NCBI GenBank assembly: GCA_963806225.1
Contig: CAWDXG010000004.1
Span: forward strand, 4,096,001 to 4,160,000
Direction: 5' to 3'
Origin: an uncultured delta proteobacterium
GTDB lineage: Bacteria > Myxococcota_A > Polyangia > Polyangiales > Polyangiaceae
DNA length: 64,000 nucleotides
The position numbers were made by a program, and so were the translations under genes. Positions 29,389-39,072 of the stretch are shown piece by piece (the stretch's first letter is position 1; each line of letters opens with the position of its first letter). The notes under the pieces were generated by a model. It was not told the origin of the DNA. It saw nothing but the letters and a program-made list of their open reading frames with translations, and searched no databases.

Positions 29389-29461
29389 ACCCGGAACGCT
29401 CCGTACCGGGAGTGTAGCAATATCCCAGCCAATCCGGGGAACCCGGCGAGCGCGGGGTCGC

Positions 29462-30301
29462 TCAGCCCGCGGAATCCAGCGCCGCGCGCGCCGCCGCCAA
29501 CAGCGCTAACGCGCGATCCATCCCGGCAGGCGCTCGCTCGAGCTCCGACGCCACCTGCTCGAGCTCGCCGCACAGCTCGCGTAGTAGAGCCGCGATCTCG
29601 TCCGCGTTCGAGCTGAAGATATCGCCCCACATTCTCCCGGGGCCGCCAGCACCGCGGGTCAGACGCGAGAACGCCGGCCCCGCTGCGATCCCCGCCTGGC
29701 GGCGCTCCGCGAGCACGGCCATGGCGCTCGCCAGGAGCTGCGGCACATGGCTCGTCAACGCGACGGCCCGATCGTGCTCGGCCGCGCCCATCCGCGCCGG
29801 CACGGCGCCCACTCGCCGCACCAGCTCCTCCGCGCGAGCCAGCGCCTCCGCATCACAGGCCTCCGGACACAGTATCCAGCGACGGCGCTCGAACAGATCG
29901 GCTCTCGCCTGCTCGAGGCCGCCAATGGGAGCGCCCGCCATGGGGTGTCCCGGAACGAAGCGCGACGCGCGGGGAGATCGCAGCGCGGCTTCAGCGATCA
30001 CGCGCTTCGTAGAGCCGCAGTCGGTAACAACGTCGCCGAGCTCCAGGGCTTCACCGAGCTGCCGCACGATCTCCTGCACCGGCATCGCCAGCACGACCAG
30101 CGAAGCGTCGGCGAGCGCAGCGCGTACGGCTTCGCGATCCGCGGCGTCGATGCGCTCTTCGATTGCAGCCGCGGCGGCAGGCGAGCCGATCACTTCCGCA
30201 ACGTCGATCCCGACCCGCTCGCCGTGCGGCTCGGCGGCGCGATGCGCCAACGCGATCGAGCCGCCGATCAGGCCGAGTCCGACCACTACCAGGCGTGTCA
30301 T
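29462..30301 (-). CDS. tyrA: Prephenate/arogenate dehydrogenase without ACT domain
   Basis: GLGLIGGSIA, TDCGSTK, GHPMAG and EHDRAVALTSHVPQLLA. Confidence 0.88.
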   Translation of the reverse strand: MTRLVVVGLGLIGGSIALAHRAAEPHGERVGIDVAEVIGSPAAAAAIEERIDAADREAVRAALADASLVVLAMPVQEIVRQLGEALELGDVVTDCGSTKRVIAEAALRSPRASRFVPGHPMAGAPIGGLEQARADLFERRRWILCPEACDAEALARAEELVRRVGAVPARMGAAEHDRAVALTSHVPQLLASAMAVLAERRQAGIAAGPAFSRLTRGAGGPGRMWGDIFSSNADEIAALLRELCGELEQVASELERAPAGMDRALALLAAARAALDSAG

Positions 30302-30320
30302 CGCTACTCCGGGGCGCGCG

Positions 30321-31214
30321 TCATCCCCGAACGGCTGCACCCACCGCGCGCAGCTTCTCGGCGAGCTCCACGGCGTCTTCCCAGCTGAGTGTGGCCGGCA
30401 CGCGAGGCAGGTCGCCTTCGCGTCCGACCCAGACGCGCAGGATCACGCCGTCCGCGCCCGCCGCGATCGCCGCACAGGCCACCGCCGTGGAATAGCGGGC
30501 GCGCTGCGCGATGGTCGGCACATCGACCACGATAGGCAGATGGGTGCGGATCTTGGCGCGCGCGATCGCGGCGATCTCGAGCGTCCGGGCACCGTTGGGA
30601 TACTCGCCTCCCGCTTCGAGCAGCACCACGCTGCCCTCGCGGCGCTCGAGCTCCTTCTCGGCTGCGCCGATCCACGAGTTGGCACCCCAGCTCGGGGCGC
30701 GCTCGACGAACACAACGGGCCAGCGCGGCTCCGCCGGCTGCGGGTGCAGCGGCAGGCAGGCCAGCGATCCGATGGTCTCGGGCGCGAGCCGCGAACGCGT
30801 CACCGCGGAGTCGAACGGCCTCCCCGCCGCCACCTCGTACGGCAGCTCCGCGGACGGCGGCCCGTTGTCACCCTCGACGAGTGAACCGTTCCGCTGCGTC
30901 GTCAGACCAATGGGTTCGATAGCGATCCACGGTCGCTCTCCGCCGATGATGCCCCAGGTTCCCTCGACGACGCTCGAGTGCTTCCGGAAACGGCGCGACG
31001 CGAGCCGGAACGGCTCGCTGACGCGCACAACCTCTGCGACGCCGGCAAGCTCCCGCACGACCGCCATGTCGTCCTGGGTCACGTCCCCGACCACGCCCAG
31101 GATCGTGCGGCTCTGCCCGCTCGAGCGATGCACGTCGAAGCCTGCGCCGACCAGGTACGACATCACGGACTCGATGGCCGCCTCGGGCGTTTCGGGCTCC
31201 ATCACGACGATCAT
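30321..31214 (-). CDS. Type I-beta DAHP synthase homologue with intact N-terminal ferredoxin-like/ACT regulatory domain and degenerate catalytic barrel
   Basis: MIVVM...VHRSSGQSRTILGVVG...VVRVSEPFRLASR, THLPIVVD and AAIAAGADGVI retained; GPCSVE, KPRTS, DPSH, EVH and SDG motifs absent. Confidence 0.8.
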   Translation of the reverse strand: MIVVMEPETPEAAIESVMSYLVGAGFDVHRSSGQSRTILGVVGDVTQDDMAVVRELAGVAEVVRVSEPFRLASRRFRKHSSVVEGTWGIIGGERPWIAIEPIGLTTQRNGSLVEGDNGPPSAELPYEVAAGRPFDSAVTRSRLAPETIGSLACLPLHPQPAEPRWPVVFVERAPSWGANSWIGAAEKELERREGSVVLLEAGGEYPNGARTLEIAAIARAKIRTHLPIVVDVPTIAQRARYSTAVACAAIAAGADGVILRVWVGREGDLPRVPATLSWEDAVELAEKLRAVGAAVRG

Positions 31215-31426
31215 GGGACCGACGAGGGTAGCAAAACCCAGCCCGACGGGGAGGGCTATCGTCCCGCGCCCTCCCGGACCCCGGACCAGGCCGGATGCCG
31301 GCCTCCGGCCCGCCAGCGCCAGCGGCGTTTTTGTCGCGAACTTCCCGGGGCTTGTCGCTGCTGGCCGCTTCAAGGCGACGCCGCTATGGTGTAGTGGCGA
31401 AACTCGAACCCCGAGCGCGAGCCCCC

Positions 31427-33127
31427 GTGCAACCCACCGAAACCCAGCCCGATCCCGTGCTCGGCACCCTCGTCGCCGGACGCTACCGGATCATCAAACC
31501 GCTCGGCGAGGGCGGCATGGGCCAGGTGTACCTGGCCGAGCACGAAGCTATCGAGAAAAAGGTCGCCGTCAAGGTGCTCCGGCGCGAGTACTCGGAGAAG
31601 CCCGACATCGTCGCGCGTTTCCAGCAGGAGGCCGTCAGCGCTTCCCGCATCAAGCACCCGAACGTGCTCGATGTGTTCGACTTCGGGCAGCTCGACAACG
31701 GCTGCTTCTTCCTGGCCATGGAGTTCCTGGAAGGGAACGACCTCGCCGACGAGCTCACGCGCCATCGTTTGATCGACCCCCAGCGGGGCGTGCGCATCGC
31801 ACTGCAGATCTGCCGCGCGCTCGCCGCAGCGCACTCGCGCGGCGTCGTGCACCGCGACATGAAGCCCGAGAACGTCTTTCTGCAGCACATCGGCGACGGG
31901 GAGGAAATCGTCAAGATCGTCGACTTCGGCATCGCCCAGCTGCGAAGCACGGAGGAAGCCGCCGCCTCGGAACCGAAACGCCGCCGGCTGACGCGCACCG
32001 GAATGATCTTCGGGACACCCGAGTACATGGCGCCCGAGCAGGCCGCCGGGAAGAAAGCCGACCTGCGCGTCGATGTGTACGCCACCGGCATCATTCTCTA
32101 CGAGATGTTCACCGGCGCGGTGCCCTTCACGGGCGAGACCTTCATGGCCGTGCTGGCCGCGCACCTGAACAACCCGACGCCGCCGATGACGACGGTGTGC
32201 CCGGACCTGCAGGTCTCGGTCGAGATGCAGCACGTTATCGTGCGCGCCCTGCTCAAGAATCCGGACGAGCGCTTCCAGTCGATGGGCGAGCTCGCGGCCG
32301 CGATCCTCGCCACGCCCGAGGGCGCCACCGTGGGACGCCACGGCTCGATACCGGACGCACCGGCCCAGCAATTCATCTCGGCGGGCAACGCGATGGCGCC
32401 CGCCCAGGTCTCGAGCGGCACGCCCACCTCGGCGCAGTTCGGCGGAGGCGCCGCCGCGCACGCGGGCACCGCGGCGCAGTTCCCTGGCTCCGGTCCCGGC
32501 CTCGCCGGCGCGGAATCCGAGCCGCTCCCGCTCCAGCACCGGACCAGTGGCGCCCCGGCACAGACGCGCCTCGACGCCTCCGGGTCGGTGCCGGGCGTCC
32601 CCACGCGCCGCTCGCGGATCGGCCTGATCCTCACGCTGCTCGTGCTCGGCGGCGGCGGCGTTGCGGCTGCCCTGGTCTTCATCAAGCCGCGCCTGGTACC
32701 CGCGCCGCCTCCCGCCGTGGCGGACAGCGCAGCACCGGTCGCGGCAAGCAGTCCGCCGCCCCAGGCATCCGCCGCCCCCGCCGCCCCCACTGCCGCAGCA
32801 CCGGCGGCCAGTCGATCGGCAAGTCCCGCGGCCACCGCCATCCATCTGCACGTCCAGACGACACCGGCCGGCGCCGTGGTGAAGAAGGACGGCTTCCAGG
32901 TGTGCGACAAGACGCCTTGCGAAGTCGACGCACACCCCGACGAGACGCTCGAGCTCGAGGCGTCGAAGGGCGTCCTGCACGGCAAGGCCAAGGTCCTCGC
33001 ACAGCGCGATCAGACGGTGGAGATCAAGCTCATCGCCCCGGCAGCCCCGCGCCCGCACCAGCCGAAAACCCCGAAGATGTGCGAGGTGATGGTGGACGGG
33101 CTCAAGATCCTGCGACCCTGCAAGTAG
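31427..33127 (+). CDS. Hanks-type Ser/Thr protein kinase with TM helix and C-terminal PEGA-like domain
   Basis: LGEGGMGQVY, VAVK, HRDMKPEN, DFG and GTPEYMAPE; TM LILTLLVLGGGGVAAALVFI; start uncertain (31394 also possible). Confidence 0.92.
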   Translation: MQPTETQPDPVLGTLVAGRYRIIKPLGEGGMGQVYLAEHEAIEKKVAVKVLRREYSEKPDIVARFQQEAVSASRIKHPNVLDVFDFGQLDNGCFFLAMEFLEGNDLADELTRHRLIDPQRGVRIALQICRALAAAHSRGVVHRDMKPENVFLQHIGDGEEIVKIVDFGIAQLRSTEEAAASEPKRRRLTRTGMIFGTPEYMAPEQAAGKKADLRVDVYATGIILYEMFTGAVPFTGETFMAVLAAHLNNPTPPMTTVCPDLQVSVEMQHVIVRALLKNPDERFQSMGELAAAILATPEGATVGRHGSIPDAPAQQFISAGNAMAPAQVSSGTPTSAQFGGGAAAHAGTAAQFPGSGPGLAGAESEPLPLQHRTSGAPAQTRLDASGSVPGVPTRRSRIGLILTLLVLGGGGVAAALVFIKPRLVPAPPPAVADSAAPVAASSPPPQASAAPAAPTAAAPAASRSASPAATAIHLHVQTTPAGAVVKKDGFQVCDKTPCEVDAHPDETLELEASKGVLHGKAKVLAQRDQTVEIKLIAPAAPRPHQPKTPKMCEVMVDGLKILRPCK

Positions 33128-33251
33128 CTGCCTCGCCGACCGGCGCGGGGTCGTTTGTCTCCCACCCGGGCTTGACCTGGAGAACGCCGCGCGGATAGGA
33201 AACATGCGCGGGTTGGGCGCACGAAAGCGTGCGGGAGAACGGAAGCAGGGA

Positions 33252-35147
33252 ATGCGGGAGTCCTGGAAGTCGCGCTTCGGGCTGATCCTGGCGGCAGCCG
33301 GCAACGCCGTGGGCATCGGAAACCTGCTCAGGTTTCCCGGGCAGGCCGCGAAGAACGGCGGCGGCGCGTTCATCCTGCCGTACCTGATCTCGCTGGTGAT
33401 CTTCGGGCTGCCGATGATGTGGATCGCCTGGACCATCGGGCGGCTCGGCGGACGGCACGGCCACGGCACCACGCCCGGCATCTTCGACAAGATGACGAGC
33501 TGGAAGGGCGCGAAGTACCTCGGCGCGCTCGGCGTCGCGATCCCGCTCGTGTTCTGCTTCTACTACACGTACCTCGAAGCGTGGTGCCTCGGCTACGCGT
33601 GGTTCTCGTTCCACGGCACGTACGAGCACGCGCACCTGACGACGTTCCTCTACGAATTCCAGGGCGTCATGTCGAGCGGCAACTACTTCTCGTCGGTCAG
33701 CGTCGCCTTCGGCTTCCTGCTCATCACGGTCGCGCTCAACGTGTGGGTGCTGTACCGCGGCGTCGCCGGCGGCATCGAGCTGCTCGCCAAGATCGCGATG
33801 CCGCTGCTCCTCGTCTTCTGCCTCTTGATGTGCATCCGGATCTTCACGCTGCCGGATGCCAAGGGATCGGTCAGCGACGGGCTCGCCTTCCTCTGGAATC
33901 CGAACTTCTCCGCGCTCCTCAAACCGGACGTGTGGCTGGCTGCCGCGGGGCAGATCTTCTTCACACTCAGTATCGGGTTCGGCGCCCTGGAGTGCTACGC
34001 GAGCTATCTCGGCAAGGACGACAACGTCGCCGTCAGCGGCCTCACCACTGCGGCCACCAACGAATTCGTCGAGATCATCTTCGGCAGCATGATCGCCATT
34101 CCGGCGGCAGCGGTGTTCTTCGGCGCGGCCGCCATCCCGACGGTCGCCTCCAAGGGCACCTTCGACATCGGCATGGTGAGCATGCCGGAGATCCTCCGCT
34201 CCACAGGTTCGTCGCACATCTTCGGCACGATCTGGTTTTTGCTGCTGTTCTTCGCAGCGTTCACCTCGTCGGTCGGCGTGTGCCAGCCGGTGATGGCCTT
34301 CTTCCAGGACGAGGCGAAGCTCGGCCGCGGTACATCGGCGGCGCTGGTCGGCATGTTCTGGCTCCTGGGCAGCATCCCGGTGGTGTTCTTCCTCAAGTAC
34401 GGCTTCCTCGACGAGCTGGACTTCTGGGCCGGCACCCTGGGGCTCGTGCTGTTCAGCGCGATCGAAGCAGTGCTGTTCTCCTGGGTGTTCGGCATCGGCA
34501 AGGGCTGGGACGAGCTGCACCGCGGCGCACTCATGAAGGTGCCGCGGATCTTCCGCTTCATGATGCGCTACGTCACCCCCATCGCGTTGATGTTGATACT
34601 AGGGGGGTGGGTCTACAACGACGTCATCGTCGGCGGGAAGCTGACCCCCAAGCCCCAGCTCGTCACGTCCATCCTCGGCGAGCAGCAGATCAAGGGCGAG
34701 TTCGAATCGGCGGGAGCCAAGCCGAAGGACAAGAAGGCGCACGCTCAGGCGGAGGGCGCGCTGATGGGCGCGATCACCAACGCCGGACGCGATCTCAAGG
34801 CCTGGGCGACGATAACGGTCGACGAGAAGGGCGCCGTCAGCGTCACCAAGCTCGACGGCGACCCGCTGTTCGTCAAGGCGATGCCCGCCGACGAGCTCGC
34901 GAAGATGCTGGAGCTGCAGCGCTTCCACTACACCGAAGACGGCGACCCCCACGCGGGACACTGCCAGATGGTGATCGAGGGGCTGTACACCACTCCGTAC
35001 ATCTGGCTCGCCCGAGGGCTCATCCTGGGTCTGGTCGCCCTGTTCGTGATCATGGTGCGCGTGATCTGGAAGGCCCGTGAAGAGAAGGAGTTGGACGGCG
35101 AAGTCGCCGAGGTCGGCGGCGTGAAGGTGGAGGAAGAAGCGACATGA
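33252..35147 (+). CDS. Sodium-dependent transporter, neurotransmitter:sodium symporter (SNF/NSS) family
   Basis: RESWKSRFGLILAAAGNAVGIGNLLRFP, NGGGAF, QIFFTLSIGFG and FFAAFTSS. Confidence 0.93.
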   Translation: MRESWKSRFGLILAAAGNAVGIGNLLRFPGQAAKNGGGAFILPYLISLVIFGLPMMWIAWTIGRLGGRHGHGTTPGIFDKMTSWKGAKYLGALGVAIPLVFCFYYTYLEAWCLGYAWFSFHGTYEHAHLTTFLYEFQGVMSSGNYFSSVSVAFGFLLITVALNVWVLYRGVAGGIELLAKIAMPLLLVFCLLMCIRIFTLPDAKGSVSDGLAFLWNPNFSALLKPDVWLAAAGQIFFTLSIGFGALECYASYLGKDDNVAVSGLTTAATNEFVEIIFGSMIAIPAAAVFFGAAAIPTVASKGTFDIGMVSMPEILRSTGSSHIFGTIWFLLLFFAAFTSSVGVCQPVMAFFQDEAKLGRGTSAALVGMFWLLGSIPVVFFLKYGFLDELDFWAGTLGLVLFSAIEAVLFSWVFGIGKGWDELHRGALMKVPRIFRFMMRYVTPIALMLILGGWVYNDVIVGGKLTPKPQLVTSILGEQQIKGEFESAGAKPKDKKAHAQAEGALMGAITNAGRDLKAWATITVDEKGAVSVTKLDGDPLFVKAMPADELAKMLELQRFHYTEDGDPHAGHCQMVIEGLYTTPYIWLARGLILGLVALFVIMVRVIWKAREEKELDGEVAEVGGVKVEEEAT

Positions 35148-35239
35148 CAACCGGTGGCTGGGTCATGATGCTGACCACCTGGGGCGTGGTCATCCTCGTC
35201 AACGTCTTCTGCATCCTCAGACTGCTCGGCAAGCGCTAG
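35144..35239 (+). CDS. 31-aa single-TM protein, MetS-like NSS transporter small subunit
   Basis: MTTGGWVMMLTTWGVVILVNVFCILRLLGKR; ATGA overlap with the NSS stop; GGAGG upstream; not in the ORF track. Confidence 0.75.
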   Translation: MTTGGWVMMLTTWGVVILVNVFCILRLLGKR

Positions 35240-35267
35240 CCGCGCCTCTGTCGTCGGGCCGACCAAC

Positions 35268-36977
35268 TTGCGCCAGCTCTGGCTGAACCATAGGGGAAGG
35301 ATCATCGCCGGGGCGGTGGGCCTTGTGCTGCTGGCGCTGCTTCCATTGGTGCCGGGCACCACCACGCCCGCGGGGCGGCACTACGACTGGACAGCGCTGC
35401 TTCCACCGCTGGTCGCGATCTTCCTCGCCCTCACCACGCGCCGACTGCTCGTCTCGCTGGGCGGCGGTGTGCTCGCGGGCGCGCTCCTCCACCACGGGCT
35501 CGCCCTGGGCGTGCCCTACGGCGTGCGCGACTACCTGTGGAACAACGCGCTGGAGAGCTCGCATCTCTACATCATCGGATTCACGCTGGCGCTGCTGGGC
35601 ATGGTGCAGGTCACGGCGAGGTCCGGCGGAGCACGCGGCATCGTCGAGTCCGTCGCCCGCTGGGTCGGCTCGGCGCGATCCACCAAGCTTGGCACGGCGA
35701 TCATGGGCGTGCTCGTGTTCTTCGACGACTACGCCAACTGCATGCTGGTCGGACCGACCATGCGTCCGCTTTCCGATCGCTGGCGGGTCTCGCGCGAGAA
35801 GCTGGCCTACCTGGTCGACTCCACGGCCGCGCCGATCGCCGGGCTGGTGCTCATTTCCACATGGATTGGCTACGAGACAGGCCTGCTCGGCGACGTGGCA
35901 CGCGACCTCGGCGTGCACCAGAGCGGCTACGCGCTCCTGTTCACGGCGCTGCCCTATCGCTTCTACTGCGTCTTCACCATCTGCTTCGTGTTCATATCCT
36001 CGGCGTCCGACCGCGACTTCGGACCCATGCTGGAGGCCGAACGCCGAGCCCGCTTCGAAGGAAAGCCCACCCGCGACGGCGCCCGGCCGCTGGGGCAGGT
36101 CGACACGCGCTACGCCGAGCCACCGCCCGGCAAGCCGCGGCGCTGGATCAACGCGGCACTGCCCCTGGTCACGGTGATCGTAGGGACGCTCGGCGGCTTG
36201 ATCGTCGACGGGGGCGGTGGCGCCCGGCTCCGCGCGCACCCGTTTTCGCTGCTGTCGTTCGGCTTCTGGCAAGACACCCTGGGCGCGAGCGAGAACAACG
36301 TCGCCGTGCTCTTCTACGCCGCGCTTGCTGGCGCCGCGGTGGCGGTGCTCCTGCCGCTCGTGCAGCGCATCCTCACGCCCACCGAAGCGCTGGGTGCCTT
36401 CCTGGGCGGCGTGCGCGCAGCGCTGTATGCCGTGGTCGTGCTGATCCTGGCATGGGGGCTCGCCGCGGTGTGCAAGGATCTCGGTACGGGACCGGTGCTC
36501 GTCGCTGCGATCGGCCGCTCCATACCGCCCGTGGCTGTGCCGATGGTAACGTTCCTGGCGGCCGCCGCGGTCGCCTTCGCGACCGGCACCTCGTGGGGCA
36601 CGATGGCGATCCTGATCCCGACGGCGGTACCCCTGGCGCATCACGTCGGCGGCCAGCCGCTGATGTTGATCAGCATGGCCGCAGTGCTCGACGGGTCGAT
36701 CTTCGGCGATCACTGTTCGCCGATCAGCGACACCACGCTCATGTCGAGCATCGCATCCGGCAGCGATCACCTCGACCACGTGTACACGCAGTTGCCGTAC
36801 GCCGTCTCCGCGATGCTGATCGCGCTCTTCGCCGGATATCTTCCTGCTGCGCTCGGAGCCCCGGCGCCGCTATCCTACGGGCTCGGCATCGTAGCCACGT
36901 TCTGTCTCATCTACCTCCTCGGCCGTCGCCTCGGCGACGCACCACCCGCGGCCGTCGCCGACCCGCCCTCCAGCTAG
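35268..36977 (+). CDS. Na+/H+ antiporter NhaC family protein
   Basis: FFDDYANC, SREKLAYLVDSTAAP, FATGTSWGTM and FGDHCSPISDTT; start uncertain. Confidence 0.9.
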   Translation: MRQLWLNHRGRIIAGAVGLVLLALLPLVPGTTTPAGRHYDWTALLPPLVAIFLALTTRRLLVSLGGGVLAGALLHHGLALGVPYGVRDYLWNNALESSHLYIIGFTLALLGMVQVTARSGGARGIVESVARWVGSARSTKLGTAIMGVLVFFDDYANCMLVGPTMRPLSDRWRVSREKLAYLVDSTAAPIAGLVLISTWIGYETGLLGDVARDLGVHQSGYALLFTALPYRFYCVFTICFVFISSASDRDFGPMLEAERRARFEGKPTRDGARPLGQVDTRYAEPPPGKPRRWINAALPLVTVIVGTLGGLIVDGGGGARLRAHPFSLLSFGFWQDTLGASENNVAVLFYAALAGAAVAVLLPLVQRILTPTEALGAFLGGVRAALYAVVVLILAWGLAAVCKDLGTGPVLVAAIGRSIPPVAVPMVTFLAAAAVAFATGTSWGTMAILIPTAVPLAHHVGGQPLMLISMAAVLDGSIFGDHCSPISDTTLMSSIASGSDHLDHVYTQLPYAVSAMLIALFAGYLPAALGAPAPLSYGLGIVATFCLIYLLGRRLGDAPPAAVADPPSS

Positions 36978-36981
36978 GCCA

Positions 36982-38211
36982 GTGTCCCAGCCTTCCCCGG
37001 CCATTCCGCTCGGCAACCGCCGACGCTTCACCTTCCAGGGCAACCTCCGGGACACCCGTCACGGTTGGCTCAGGCTGACCCCCGCCTATTCCGTGCATCT
37101 GGTACGCGAGCGGCTGGCAGAGCTCGAACCGGATCGCATGCCGGTGCTGGACCCGTTCTCCGGCACCGGGACCACGCTCCTGGCCTGTGCCGAGCAGGGG
37201 CTGCCGGGCGACGCAGTCGATCTGAATCCGTTTCTGGTCTGGCTCGCGCGCGCCAAGCTCGCACGCTACCCGGCGCCGGCACGCGAGAAGGCGCGAAAGC
37301 TCGTCGCGCGGATGGTTCGCGCGGCGCTGGGCCGGAGCCCGGCAGAGCCATGGCTCCCGCCGCTCCACCGGATCGACCGCTGGTGGGAGCCGGAAACGCT
37401 GGCTGCACTCGGACGGGCCTTCGCCGCCCTGGGCGAGGCGGTCGCGCCGCCCCGCGCGCGCGACCTGGCCCGCGTCGCGTTCTGCCGCGCGCTCATCGAC
37501 TGCGCCAACGTCAGCTTCGGGCACCAATCCATGTCGTTCAAACGCGGCGACGCCGCAGCCGACGGCAAGAAACGCGTCGCCCTCGCCCTCGAGCGCGCGC
37601 TCGAGTCGGTGCTGCCGGCGGCGGCCGAGCCGCTGGGACGCGGCCCGCGCCGCGTGGTGCTCGGCGACTCGCGGCGCCTCGACAAGGCGCTGCCCAGGCG
37701 GCGCTACGGCGCCGTCATCACGTCGCCGCCCTACCCGAACCGCATGAGCTACATCCGCGAGCTCCGGCCCTACATGTACTGGCTCGGCTACCTGGAAGAC
37801 CGCTCGAGCGCGGGCGAGCTCGACTGGCAGGCGATCGGCGGAACCTGGGGCGCGGCGACCAGCCGTCTTTCCACCTGGAAGCCCACGCACTCACGCCGGG
37901 AGTTGCCGGAGCTCGAGCGCATCGCGGCGGAAATCGCGGAGCAGAGCCCGCTGCTCGCAGCCTACGTCCGGAAATACTTCTTCGACATGGCGGGCCATGT
38001 CGAACGCCTGGTGCCGCGACTGGCTCGGGGCGGCACGCTCGCCTACGTCGTCGGCAACTCGAAGTTCTACGACACGCTGCTGCCCGTCGAGCAGCTGTTC
38101 GCGACCCTGTTCGAGCGCGCGGGCCTGGTGGACGTCGACATCGAGGTATTGCGCAAGCGCACCTCGAAGCGCGAGCTCTTCGAATACTGCGTCACAGCGC
38201 GCAGGCCATGA
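36982..38211 (+). CDS. Orphan amino-DNA methyltransferase (SPPY; probably N4-cytosine, alpha motif order)
   Basis: VLDPFSGTGTT (motif I) precedes VITSPPY (motif IV); VVGNS; no adjacent endonuclease recognised. Confidence 0.85.
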   Translation: MSQPSPAIPLGNRRRFTFQGNLRDTRHGWLRLTPAYSVHLVRERLAELEPDRMPVLDPFSGTGTTLLACAEQGLPGDAVDLNPFLVWLARAKLARYPAPAREKARKLVARMVRAALGRSPAEPWLPPLHRIDRWWEPETLAALGRAFAALGEAVAPPRARDLARVAFCRALIDCANVSFGHQSMSFKRGDAAADGKKRVALALERALESVLPAAAEPLGRGPRRVVLGDSRRLDKALPRRRYGAVITSPPYPNRMSYIRELRPYMYWLGYLEDRSSAGELDWQAIGGTWGAATSRLSTWKPTHSRRELPELERIAAEIAEQSPLLAAYVRKYFFDMAGHVERLVPRLARGGTLAYVVGNSKFYDTLLPVEQLFATLFERAGLVDVDIEVLRKRTSKRELFEYCVTARRP

Positions 38212-38246
38212 ACAGCAGCGCCAGGCGCCGGACGCACGGATCGACT

Positions 38247-39002
38247 CTACGCCGCTTGCGCGATGATCCCGAACGCGGCAACGCCGAGACGACGGAGCTC
38301 GCGGCGCAGCTTCTTGACGGCGTCGGGAGGCGCGCCGAGGGACGCGGCGAGCAGCTCGGCGCCCCAGCCGTCGAGGGTGCTCGTGCCGCAGGCGGAAAGG
38401 TCGTCGCTCTCGCCTCTGAGCACGTGGCTCCATGCGCCCGAAGTGGCGGCGCACGCGGCGCTGGCGACGAGGCCGGCGTCGCGGACCTCCGCGAAGCCAC
38501 GCGAGACCAGCGCCTCGACCACTTCCGGCGCGAGCCCGTCGCTGGCAAGCGTGCCTCGCTCGAGAAAGCCCGGAAGCCCGGCCGCGATGCGCGACGCCCC
38601 CGCGTCCATGGCGACACGGACGAGCGCCGCGACGAAAACGGCGAACAGGTCCTCGGGTGGCTCCGCCGCCGCGGACGCCTGCTCCGCCCGCGCGGGCTCT
38701 GGAGCCGCGGCTTCCTCGACGAGCTCGGCGGCCAGCTCGACCGGCGCCGCCTCGGCCTGTTCGGCGAGCGCGGGCTGCTCGGCGAGCTCTATGTCGATAT
38801 CGATGTCGAGCAGCCCGTCGTCACCCTCGTCGGGCAGATCGAACTCGGCTTCGGCCGGTTCGGGCGGCGGCTCGCTGCGGGGCACAGCCCGCAGCAGCAA
38901 CTGCGCGCGCGCACACGGCCGGCTCACGACCCACAACGCTCCGTCGTGAAGGTCCGGATTGTCGTTCGGAAACTCGGCAGAAGCCGTACGGCGGTGTTCC
39001 AC
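38247..39002 (-). CDS. Hypothetical protein with acidic Ala/Glu/Pro-rich linker
   Basis: Open frame with typical codon usage; globular-looking C-terminus (AWSHVLRGESDDLSACGTSTLDGW). Confidence 0.65.
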   Translation of the reverse strand: MEHRRTASAEFPNDNPDLHDGALWVVSRPCARAQLLLRAVPRSEPPPEPAEAEFDLPDEGDDGLLDIDIDIELAEQPALAEQAEAAPVELAAELVEEAAAPEPARAEQASAAAEPPEDLFAVFVAALVRVAMDAGASRIAAGLPGFLERGTLASDGLAPEVVEALVSRGFAEVRDAGLVASAACAATSGAWSHVLRGESDDLSACGTSTLDGWGAELLAASLGAPPDAVKKLRRELRRLGVAAFGIIAQAA

Positions 39003-39072
39003 GGATCGGTGCCTCCACCGATCCCGTATCCGTCGTCCAGCCGAACGGCCAAGAAAGCCGCGGGAAACGCTG

